A program made the translations under genes and the position numbers. A stretch of 64,000 nt of DNA from an uncultured Actinomycetota bacterium (GTDB lineage: Bacteria > Actinomycetota > Actinomycetes > S36-B12 > UBA10799): assembly GCA_963704075.1 (NCBI GenBank), contig CAVPGV010000011.1, forward strand, positions 29,884 through 93,883, written 5' to 3'. A model generated the notes under the pieces. It saw only the letters and a program-made list of their open reading frames with translations. It had not been told where the DNA came from and made no database searches. Shown here piece after piece: positions 10,436 to 19,572 of this stretch (position 1 is its first letter; each line of letters begins with the position of its first letter).

Positions 10436-11259
10436 GTTCGCCCACCGCCACCAAGCCCCCTCTCGGCTTCCGGATCCGGTCGTGGCTCGGGGACAACGCC
10501 CTGCGCTTCTACGCGGTGATCGCGTTCATCTACCTGCTCCTGCCGGTGGCATACACGTTCGCGTTCTCGTTCAACGACGCGGGCCGTACGAACCTGGTGT
10601 GGAACAGCTTCACGCTGGACAACTGGCTCAACCCCTGCGGCGCACCGCAGGTGTGCCCGTCCGTGGTGAACTCGATCACGGTCGCGCTGATCGTGACGTT
10701 GGTCTCGACCATCCTGGGCACGCTGATCGCCTTCTCGTTGGTGCGCTACCGCTTCCGCGGCCGCGCGACGACGAACCTGCTGATCTTCCTGCCGATGGCC
10801 ACCCCCGAGGTGGTCCTCGGTTCCTCCCTGCTGGCACTGTTCCTCAACGTGTTCGTGCCGCTGGGCTTCAGCACCGTGGTGATCGCGCACATCATGTTCT
10901 GCATCAGCTTCGTGGTGGTCACGGTGAAGGCCCGGCTCGCGAGTCTGGATCCGCGCCTCGAGCAGGCCGCGATGGACCTGTACGCCAGCGAGCGGGAGGC
11001 GTTCCGGCGCATCACGTTGCCGCTGGTGGCCCCGGGCATCGCGGCGGCGGGCCTCCTGGCGTTCTCGCTGAGTTTCGACGACTTCATCATCACGAACTTC
11101 AACTCCGGGCAGTTCACGACGTTCCCGAAGTTCGTGTACGTGTCGGCGACCCGCGGGATCCCGGCGCAGGCCAATGTCATCGCCTCCGCGATGTTCTTCA
11201 TCGCACTGGCGATCGTGCTGATCTCGCAGTTGTCGTCCAGGCGGCGGAAGATCGTCTGA
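10432..11259 (+). CDS. potC: Polyamine ABC transporter permease
   Basis: FSFN, LEQAAMDLYA, AFSLSFDDF. Confidence 0.9.
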   Translation: MSSPTATKPPLGFRIRSWLGDNALRFYAVIAFIYLLLPVAYTFAFSFNDAGRTNLVWNSFTLDNWLNPCGAPQVCPSVVNSITVALIVTLVSTILGTLIAFSLVRYRFRGRATTNLLIFLPMATPEVVLGSSLLALFLNVFVPLGFSTVVIAHIMFCISFVVVTVKARLASLDPRLEQAAMDLYASEREAFRRITLPLVAPGIAAAGLLAFSLSFDDFIITNFNSGQFTTFPKFVYVSATRGIPAQANVIASAMFFIALAIVLISQLSSRRRKIV

Positions 11260-12674
11260 TGCCGTTCGCCCAGACCGCGGGCGATCGAGCTCGAGCAGCA
11301 CTTTCGCTCACCCGCCACGAGCCCTTCTGGCTGGCGCATCCCGACCGGCCGGATGCGCGGCCCTCGCTGGAAGGCGTCACCCGAGCCGACCTGGTCGTGG
11401 TGGGTGCGGGCCTTTCCGGGTTGTGGACGGCTGTGCGGGCGAAACAGAGGCACCCCGAACTGGATGTGGTGCTGCTGGAGGGGGGCCGTATCGCGGGCAG
11501 CGCCTCCGGGCGCAACGGCGGTTTCGTCGCGGCGTCCATCACCCACGGACACCTCAACGGCATCGAGAGATGGCCCGACGAGTTCGGACAGTTGCACCGC
11601 ATGGGCCTGGAGAACCTGCGCGGCATCGAGCAGACGATCGCAGATCATGGCATCGACTGCGGCTACCGTCCGGCCGGCGAATTGCAGGTGGTCACTGAGC
11701 AGTACCAGCTCGAGCATGCCGTCGATCACGTCGAGCAGGCCCGGCAGTACGGCGTCGACCTCGAGTTCTGGGACGCCGAACGGATCCAGGCCGAGGTCCA
11801 CTCCCCCACCTACCTCGGCGCCATCCACGATCCGGACGTCGGCATCGTGGACCCGGCACGCCTCAGTTGGGGGCTGGCCCGGGTCGCGGAGGACCTCGGC
11901 GTTCGCATCCACGAACACAGCGGCGTCGAGGCGCTGACCTCCACCGAGGTGGGCATGTCCGTGCGGACGTTCGGTGGCCGGGTCGAGGCGGGCATGGTGG
12001 CGCTGACCACCGCTGCCCACGCCCCGCTGCTGAAACGACTGACTGCCTTCGTGGTCCCCGTCTTCGACCATGTCGTCATGACCGCCCCGCTTCCGGCACG
12101 GACCCTGGAGGAGATCGGGTGGGCGGGCCGTCAGGGCATCGGTGACTCCGGCAACCAGTTCCACTACTACCGGCTCACCGAGGACGATCGGATCCTGTTC
12201 GGGGGCTACGACGCGGTCTACGAGGCCGGTGAGCGACCGGGCTCGCACCTCGAGCGCGACGACGAACTCACCGCCCGCTTGGTCCAGCACCTGCACGACA
12301 CGTTCCCGGCGGTGGCCGAGCTGCCCATCGATTTCGCGTGGGCCGGAGCCATCGACACCTGCTCGCGGTTCAGTGCGTTCTGGGGCTCGGCGTACAAGGG
12401 GCGGGTGGCCTACGTAGTCGGCTTCACCGGACTCGGAGTGGGAGCCTCACGCTTCGGCGCGGACGTCGTTCTGGACAAGCTGTTCCACGAACGCACCGAA
12501 CGCACCGCGCTGAAGATGGTCCGCAGCAAGCCCCTGCCGTTCCCGCCGGAGCCTGCGCGACAATTGGTCATCGACATGACTCGGCGTTCCCTGGCCAAGG
12601 CCGACGAGCAGCAGGGCCGACGCGACGTGTGGTTGAAGACGCTCGACCGGCTGGGATTGGGTTTCGACAGTTAG
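11259..12674 (+). CDS. FAD-dependent oxidoreductase, DAO/PuuB family
   Basis: VVVGAGLSGL, ASGRNGG, FHYYRLTEDDRILFGG, FTGLGVGASRFGA. Confidence 0.9.
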   Translation: MPFAQTAGDRARAALSLTRHEPFWLAHPDRPDARPSLEGVTRADLVVVGAGLSGLWTAVRAKQRHPELDVVLLEGGRIAGSASGRNGGFVAASITHGHLNGIERWPDEFGQLHRMGLENLRGIEQTIADHGIDCGYRPAGELQVVTEQYQLEHAVDHVEQARQYGVDLEFWDAERIQAEVHSPTYLGAIHDPDVGIVDPARLSWGLARVAEDLGVRIHEHSGVEALTSTEVGMSVRTFGGRVEAGMVALTTAAHAPLLKRLTAFVVPVFDHVVMTAPLPARTLEEIGWAGRQGIGDSGNQFHYYRLTEDDRILFGGYDAVYEAGERPGSHLERDDELTARLVQHLHDTFPAVAELPIDFAWAGAIDTCSRFSAFWGSAYKGRVAYVVGFTGLGVGASRFGADVVLDKLFHERTERTALKMVRSKPLPFPPEPARQLVIDMTRRSLAKADEQQGRRDVWLKTLDRLGLGFDS

Positions 12675-12713
12675 CACGACCGGTCACCACCGGCTTACAC
12701 AGGAGAGATAGCA

Positions 12714-14208
12714 ATGGCAACGTCCATCACCCACTGGATCGACGGACGCACCTGGGACGGACCCGCGCAGCGCCACGGGGACGTCTACGACCCGGCCACC
12801 GGAGAGATCACCAAGACCGTCGACTTCGCCTCGGTCGACGACGTCAACGCCGCGGTGGCGTCGGCGAGGTCCGCCTTCGCCACGTGGGGCCGCTCCACGC
12901 TGGCCAAGCGCATGGAGATCCTGTTCAAGCTTCCGCGAGTTGCTCAACGCCAACAAGCAGGAGCTCGCCGAGATCATCACCAGCGAGCACGGCAAGGTCG
13001 TGTCGGATGCGCTCGGCGAGGTCAGCCGCGGGCAAGAGGTCGTCGAGTTCGCGTGCGGCAACGCACATCTGCTCAAGGGCGCATACTCCGAGCAGGTCTC
13101 CACCGGGGTGGACGTGTACAGCCTGCGCCAACCCCTCGGTGTGGTCGGCATCATCTCCCCCTTCAACTTCCCGGCGATGGTGCCGATGTGGTTCTTCCCG
13201 ATCGCGATCGCCGCCGGCAACACCGTCGTTCTCAAGCCGTCCGAGAAGGACCCGTCCGCGGCCATGTTCATGGCTGACCTGTGGAAGCAGGCGGGCCTGC
13301 CGGACGGGGTCTTCAACGTCGTGCATGGTGACAAGGTGGCCGTGGACACGCTGCTCACACACCCGGACGTCGCATCGATCTCCTTCGTCGGATCGACCCC
13401 GATCGCGCAGTACGTGTACGAGACCGGGACCGCCCACGGCAAGCGGGTGCAGGCTCTCGGCGGCGCCAAGAACCACATGCTCGTCCTGCCCGACGCAGAC
13501 CTCGAACTCACCGCGGACTCGGCCGTCAACGCAGGCTTCGGTTCCGCGGGAGAACGCTGCATGGCGATCTCGGTCATCGTCGCGGTGGAACCGGTCGCCG
13601 ATGACCTGATCAAGGCGATCCAGACCCGCATGGCGGGGCTGCGGACCGGCGACGGCCGCCGCGGGTGCGACATGGGACCGCTGGTGACCAGCGCCCACCG
13701 CGACAAGGTCGCCGGCTATGTCGATGCGGGCGTGACCGAGGGCGCGACGCTGGTGGTGGACGGGCGTGAGGTCCAGCCCGACGGTGCCGCCGGTGGCTTC
13801 TGGCTCGGCCCCACGCTGTTCGACAACGTCACCCCGGACATGAGCATCTACACCGACGAGATCTTCGGACCGGTGCTGTCGGTCGTGCGCGTCGCGTCGT
13901 ACGAAGAGGCGATGGAACTCATCAACTCGCACCCGTACGGCAACGGCACGGCGATCTTCACCTGCGACGGCGGAGCGGCACGCAAGTTCCAGAACGAGGT
14001 GCAGGTCGGCATGATCGGGATCAACGTCCCGATCCCGGTGCCGATGGCCTACTTCTCGTTCGGCGGCTGGAAGGCCTCACTGTTCGGCGACACCCATGCG
14101 CATGGAGCGGAGGGCTTCCACTTCTTCACCCGCGGCAAGGTCGTCACCTCGCGCTGGCCGGACCCGGCGCACGGCGGCATCAACCTCGGCTTCCCGACCA
14201 ACGCGTGA
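12714..14208 (+). CDS. mmsA: CoA-acylating (methyl)malonate-semialdehyde dehydrogenase (frameshift near 12930)
   Basis: [42 protein letters not shown]. Confidence 0.92.
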
Positions 14209-14210
14209 GC

Positions 14211-14257
14211 AAGGTTGAATGGATTCGACCAGATAGTGGTCGAATCCATTCAACCTT
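14211..14257. repeat. Perfect 21-bp inverted repeat with 5-nt loop (REP-like or terminator)
   Basis: AAGGTTGAATGGATTCGACCA-gatag-TGGTCGAATCCATTCAACCTT. Confidence 0.85.
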
Positions 14258-14298
14258 CCGCCTCCGACCCGAATCTCACCTTGTGCGAGGCTGAACAC

Positions 14299-15447
14299 AT
14301 GAGCCGAGAACTGAGCAGACGTCACTTCATGGCGGCATTGGCCGCGACCGCCGGGCTGGCAGGCTGCGGCACACGTTCGGCTGGTCCAGCACCCTCTGTG
14401 TCGGTGAGCCAGGATCCCAACGACAAGAGCATCGTCTGGGCGAACTGGACGCTGTACTTGGACTACAACCGCAAACGGCAGGCCTACCCCACCTTGGAGA
14501 GGTTCGAGGAGCAGACCGGCTACACCGTCGAGTACCGCGAGGACATCGACGACAACGTGTCGTTCAACGGCAAGGTCGCACCGCAACTGGCCCGCGGCAT
14601 GGACATCGGGTACGACCTGGTCACTCCTTCGGATTCGCTCATCGCCCCGTGGATCAAGAAGGGGTGGGCGGCGCCGCTGGACAAGGCGAACATCCCCAAC
14701 GCGGTCAACCTGCTGCCCGAGTTGGAGGACGTCCCGTTCGATCCCGGCCGCGTCTACTCGTTGACCTACCAGTCCGGGTTCGGGGGTCTGGCTTGGAACA
14801 AGGAGCGCGTGCCCAACGGCCTGCGCACCATGGATGACCTCTGGGACCCGGCACTCAAGGGGAAGGTGGTCGTGCTGTCCGAGGTGCAGGACACGGTCGG
14901 TCTGGTCATGCTCGATCAAGGCGTTGACATCACCGGCGACTTCACCGCCGACCAGTTCCTCAGCGCTTTGGCCGTGATCGAGGAACAGGTGCAGTCCGGT
15001 CAGATCAAGCAGATCAAGGGCAACTCCTACAAGGAAGACCTGATCAACGAGCAGGCATGGGCGGCGATCGGATGGTCCGGGGACATCTTCCAGATCAACG
15101 CCGAACAGGGCGACAAGTGGGACTTCGCGCTGCCTGAGAGCGGCGGCACGCTCTGGTCGGACAACTTCATCATCCCCTACACGGCGACGAACAAGGCCGG
15201 CGCTGAAGCGATCATCAACTACTACTACGACCCCGTGGTCGCCGCCGAGGTCGCCGCCTGGGTCAACTACGTGTGTCCGGTCGACGGCGCCCGAGAGGAA
15301 CTGGCCAAGACCGACCCCGAACTCGCCGACAGTGAGTGGATCTTCCCCACGCCTGAGCTGCTGGCACAGGCGCAGGTGTTCCGCGATTTCACCGCCGATG
15401 AGGAAAGGGAATACACCGCCGCCTTCGGCCGGGTCGTCCAGGGCTAG
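14299..15447 (+). CDS. potD: Second polyamine ABC substrate-binding lipoprotein (Tat)
   Basis: SRRHFM, LAGC lipobox; highly similar to 7157-8353. Confidence 0.9.
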   Translation: MSRELSRRHFMAALAATAGLAGCGTRSAGPAPSVSVSQDPNDKSIVWANWTLYLDYNRKRQAYPTLERFEEQTGYTVEYREDIDDNVSFNGKVAPQLARGMDIGYDLVTPSDSLIAPWIKKGWAAPLDKANIPNAVNLLPELEDVPFDPGRVYSLTYQSGFGGLAWNKERVPNGLRTMDDLWDPALKGKVVVLSEVQDTVGLVMLDQGVDITGDFTADQFLSALAVIEEQVQSGQIKQIKGNSYKEDLINEQAWAAIGWSGDIFQINAEQGDKWDFALPESGGTLWSDNFIIPYTATNKAGAEAIINYYYDPVVAAEVAAWVNYVCPVDGAREELAKTDPELADSEWIFPTPELLAQAQVFRDFTADEEREYTAAFGRVVQG

Positions 15448-15646
15448 TCCAACCGCCCCACTGCCCGACGTTGCGCACGGGAATCTTGGGTCGCGCGGGC
15501 GTTTCTTCTCTCACGGTCGTGCCCTTCTCCAACGCCTGTGCTTCTTGTCTCACGTCTTTCGGTCGATCGGTGGAGGTGACCAGCGCACAGCGGCCCGGCG
15601 GCACAACTCTGTGCGTGCGATCCGACGGTGTCGCAGCGAAACGTTC

Positions 15647-15705
15647 TTGACGGCCTCACTAGTCAGTGTCACTATGTACTGGTAGTCAGTGATGTTGAGT
15701 AGTGG
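15647..15705 (+). promoter_or_regulatory. Sigma70-like promoter overlapping tandem putative PadR operators
   Basis: TTGACG-N17-CACTAT (15647-15675); TAGTCAGTG repeated at 15660 and 15683 directly upstream of padR. Confidence 0.6.
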
Positions 15706-15714
15706 GAGAAGTCG

Positions 15715-16050
15715 ATGGGCAGGCAATTGACCGAGATGCTGAAGGGCACGCTCGAGGGCCTCGTGCTGGCGTCCCTCTCCCACCAGTCGGCCTACGGGTA
15801 CGAGATCACCGGGTGGCTGCGACAGCAAGGCTTCACCGAGATCGCCGAAGGCACCGTGTACGCCCTGCTCATTCGCATCGAGCAGCGAGGGCTTGTGGAT
15901 GTGGAGAAGGTGCCGTCCGAGAAGGGCCCTCCGCGCAAGGTTTACACCCTCAACGATGCCGGACTCGACTACCTCGACGAGTTCTGGAGGACATGGAGCT
16001 TCCTCGCGGAACGATTGGAAAAGCTCCGCGAAGGAGGCAGCAATGTCTAA
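15715..16050 (+). CDS. PadR family transcriptional regulator
   Basis: MLKGTLEGLVL, YGYEI, EGTVYALLIRIE, GPPRKVY. Confidence 0.95.
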   Translation: MGRQLTEMLKGTLEGLVLASLSHQSAYGYEITGWLRQQGFTEIAEGTVYALLIRIEQRGLVDVEKVPSEKGPPRKVYTLNDAGLDYLDEFWRTWSFLAERLEKLREGGSNV

Positions 16051-16407
16051 CCCAATGACCAAACTCATCGGCGACAAGCGGCGCTGGCGGGCCTACCGGG
16101 CCCGCGTCAAGCAGCTCCCCCCAGTTACCGTACGGCCGTCGAAGGTATCCAGCGCTATCTGATGTACTTCGGTGCCCTCGATGCTGACAGCGCCAACTCC
16201 CTGTTCGAGGATGTGGCAGACCTGTTCGAGCGGGCTGCGGCCGACGGCACCCCGATCCGCGAGATCGTCGGGGACGATCCGGTGGGGTTCGTCGACGATC
16301 TGATCCGCAACTACCGCAAGGGCGGGTATGTCGAGCGCGAGCAGCAGGAACTCATCCGCGCGATCAATGAGGCGGAGGCGAGCGATGATCGCCGTGCGGG
16401 ACCTTAA
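16043..16407 (+). CDS. DUF1048 family protein (frameshift near 16120)
   Basis: KRRWRAYRARVKQLP, then DLFERAAADGTPIREIVGDDPVGF in another frame. Confidence 0.8.
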
Positions 16408-16848
16408 CAAGTCCTTCATGTGTACGTCTTCGGCGGCTCCATCGACGTCGGCCCCCTGCCGTACGTCGATTACCTGCTGCCGGGGATCTTGCTCAGCACG
16501 ATTGCCTCCAGCATTTCGTACACGTCGTTCCGGCTCTTCGTCGATATCCAGAGCGGGTTGTTCGAGCGATTCCAATCGATGCCGATAGCGAGGTCGTCGG
16601 TGCTGTGGGCTCACGTGCTGACCTCACTGGTAGCCAACCTGATCTCCGTAGCGATCGTCGTGCTGGTGGCACTGCTGATGGGGTTCCGCTGCGGCGCCGG
16701 GGCGCTCGCCTGGCTGGCAGTCGCGGGAATTCTGACGCTGTTCACGTTGGCGCTCACCTGGCTGGCGGTGACCTGCTGCTATGCCTGTCGTGACTCCCAT
16801 GAGCAGCCAACTCGCAGATCTGGACAGCAACCTCGAGGGGTGCGTTAA
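16385..16848 (+). pseudogene. Remnant of ABC ATPase N-terminus fused by deletion to a truncated ABC-2 permease
   Basis: MIAVRDLNKSF (16385-16417) is followed directly, out of frame, by YVFGGSI..YVDYLLPGIL..GLFERFQSMPI; similarity is lost after LTWLAV. Confidence 0.8.
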
Positions 16849-16852
16849 CGGG

Positions 16853-18208
16853 TCATCGCACGATCTGCCCGACAGCCTGCCCGAACAACTCCGTGTGCAG
16901 ATCCACATCCGCGGCCGTAGTGGCCGGGCACATAAGGGCCATGTTGTGGAACGGGGTGATCAGCACACCTCGATTACTCAGGTACAGGTGCAGGTACTCC
17001 TCGATCTCATCGTCGTGCGCAGCCGCGGATTCACTGCCCGTGCGCGGCGCCGGTGAACAGAAGCGGTACTCCGCGCGGGCGCCGAGCTGCTCGATCGACC
17101 ACGCGACATCGTGCTGCGCCAGCACACTTTCGACCCCCTCCCGGAAACGCGTGGCCAGGTCGATCATGTGCTCGAAGTTCGCGTCCGTCAGAACCTCACC
17201 GAGCGTCGCACGCATGGCAGCGGTCGACAGCGCGTTTCCTGCCAGCGTCCCGCCCACTCCCCCGACGTCCACCAAGTCGGCCTCTGGGTGGTTGCGCACC
17301 GCATCGGCCACAGCGTCGCTGAGCCCGTAGGCCCCGCTCGGGATTCCGCCGCCGATGCTCTTGCCGATGACGAAGATGTCCGGCTCCAGCCCCCAGGCCG
17401 CGGTGCACCCGCCCGGTCCAGCCGAAATCGTGTGGGTCTCGTCGATCAGCAGCAGGGTTCCGTATCTGGTGCACAGTTCGCGCACACCCTCCAGGAAACC
17501 CGGCTCGGGCAGCACGATGCCGATGTTCGTCAACGCCGGTTCCATGATGACCACGGCGACATCTTCGTGGGCAAGGGCTGCTTCCACGCTCGCCAGGTCG
17601 TTGAACTCGGCAACGCGCGTGGTCTGTGAGACGGGCACCGCCGGCCCCACGTTGCCGGCCCTCGGTGCAGTGCCGCCGTCCTGGCCAGTGATCACGAAGG
17701 TCTCGTCGACCGACCCGTGGTAACAGTACGAGAACGCCAACACCATGGGCCGACCGGTCACCATGCGAGCCACCCGAAGGGCCCACCGGTTCGCGTCGGT
17801 CGCGGTGAGGCTGAACGACCACAGCGGAAGGCCGAACCGCCTGGTCAAGTCCGCGGCAACCCACTGAGCGTCCTGCGTGGGCATCATCGTCGTGATGCCG
17901 CCGAGTTCGGCGATCCGCTCGGTCACCGCAGCGACCGTGGGGCCCGGGGAGTGTCCCGCCATCGCCCCGGTGTCGCCGAGCGCGAAGTCGACGTACTCGT
18001 GCCCGTCCAGGTCGGTGATCCGGTTGCCATGCGCGCCTGAGAGGTACAACGGGTAACCACCGGACCACTTGTTCATCCAGGTCATGGGAACCCGCCCGAA
18101 CAGGTGGTCTGCTGCTTCGAACGCCTCCCTCGAACGGGTCGTCCGCTGCCTGTGCAGCGTGCGTTGCGCATCCAGCAGCGATGCGAGCCGGCTTCTGTCG
18201 ATCGACAT
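16853..18208 (-). CDS. Class III PLP aminotransferase, glutamate-1-semialdehyde aminomutase-like
   Basis: DLDGHEYVDFALGDTG, CYHG, LLLIDETHT, GKSIGGGIP, GGTLAGN. Confidence 0.88.
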   Translation of the reverse strand: MSIDRSRLASLLDAQRTLHRQRTTRSREAFEAADHLFGRVPMTWMNKWSGGYPLYLSGAHGNRITDLDGHEYVDFALGDTGAMAGHSPGPTVAAVTERIAELGGITTMMPTQDAQWVAADLTRRFGLPLWSFSLTATDANRWALRVARMVTGRPMVLAFSYCYHGSVDETFVITGQDGGTAPRAGNVGPAVPVSQTTRVAEFNDLASVEAALAHEDVAVVIMEPALTNIGIVLPEPGFLEGVRELCTRYGTLLLIDETHTISAGPGGCTAAWGLEPDIFVIGKSIGGGIPSGAYGLSDAVADAVRNHPEADLVDVGGVGGTLAGNALSTAAMRATLGEVLTDANFEHMIDLATRFREGVESVLAQHDVAWSIEQLGARAEYRFCSPAPRTGSESAAAHDDEIEEYLHLYLSNRGVLITPFHNMALMCPATTAADVDLHTELFGQAVGQIVR

Positions 18209-18216
18209 GTCTTCTC

Positions 18217-19483
18217 CTAGCGTCGGTCCTGCAATGCGAAGTACCTGCCGACGAACGGAACGTAACTCGAAGAGAGCGCACGTAGCGGGATCGGCCGATG
18301 CACCAGTTCGGCGAACGCGGGAGGTGCGGCCTGGCCGGTCACCACCTGTCCCAGCCGATGCCCCAACCATCCGTTGAGGCTCACGCCGGTGCCGTTGCAC
18401 CCGGTGGCGTACCAGGCGCCGTCGACGGTGCCGACGTGAGGCAGCCGGTCCAGCGTCATCGCGACGTATCCCGTCCACGCGTACTCGACACCGACGCCAC
18501 GCAGTTGGGGGTGGATGCGCACCATGTTGTCGTAGAGGAATTCGCGGGCCGTCGGGATGTCGACGGGGTCAAGTCGGTTGCGCCCGCCGAACGCCATCCG
18601 GCCATCAGGGGTGAGCCGCCAGTAGAACAGCAGGTTCTTGGTGTCGACCATCATCTGCGTCCCGATGACGGCTTGCTGCTCCTGGCTCAGCGGCTGGGTG
18701 GCGATGATGTACGAGTTGATCGGAAGCACGCGGCGGGCCAGATCCGGCACGGCGGCGTCCATATACGCGTTCGTGGCCACGATCACCTGACCGGCGCCGA
18801 CTGTGCCTCGCGTGGTGTCCACCCGGAAGCCCGCGCCGTCCCTGTGCACAGCGACCACTCCGGTCCGGTCGCGGATCTGCGCCCCGGCGATCTCGGCCCG
18901 CTTGGACAGGCCGTCGTGGTACTTGGCGGGGTGCAGGCCTCCGACCTTCTCGTAGAACACCGCTGAGTCGAACGCCTCACTGCCGATCCGATCGCGCACC
19001 TCTGCCCGGGTCAGGAAATGCACATCCTGGCCCGCGGCCCGCAGTTGACCGGTGAGCTCCCGAAGGCCCGCCGTGTGGTGCTTCGAATGCGCCAGATACA
19101 ACTGGCCGGTGCGCTCGTAGTCGCAGGCCACTTCCCGCGCCAGGGTCTCGGTGTGTTCGAAAGCTTCGTCCACCTCGGCGTACAACCGATCGCCCAGCGG
19201 TCCCGATCTTCTTCGCCAAAGCCGCCGGGCTCGCTTTGAGTTCGGGGATGACCATGCCGCCGTTGCGGCTCGAGGCCCCCCATCCCAAAGGCTCCTTGTC
19301 GAATACGACCACTGATGCGCCCGCGGCAGCGGCGGTCGCGGCCGCGTTCAAACCGCAGTATCCGGCACCGATCACCACGACGTCCGCGGAGTCTGGGACG
19401 TCCTCGACGGATCGCGCTTCGCGCGGCACCTGCTCCTGCCACATGCACGCCTCTCGATAGGAGGCGGAAAGAACAGCCGGCAT
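18217..19483 (-). CDS. FAD-dependent oxidoreductase, DAO/PuuB family (frameshift near 19200)
   Basis: VVVIGAGYCGL and GASSRNGG, continuing in another frame with LHPAKY, ATNAY, YWRLTPDGRMAFGG, GCNGTGV. Confidence 0.85.
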
Positions 19484-19572
19484 GTCCAGACACTACTTCA
19501 CCGAGCCCTTCCTTCATGCTGTTTCCGCAGGACGTCTCCCCAAACGACGGAGCAAACCGTACCCTTGTCTGC

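Noticed and set aside
10326-11258. Long N-terminal extensions on ORF-track calls (FAD oxidase; also 1485, 5415, 6926, 27290)
   Set aside because: They overlap upstream genes or promoters; downstream starts with RBS or stop-start coupling fit better.
16853-18208. hemL assignment
   Set aside because: It lacks the typical HemL N-terminal PGGVNSPVR motif and has no heme gene context.
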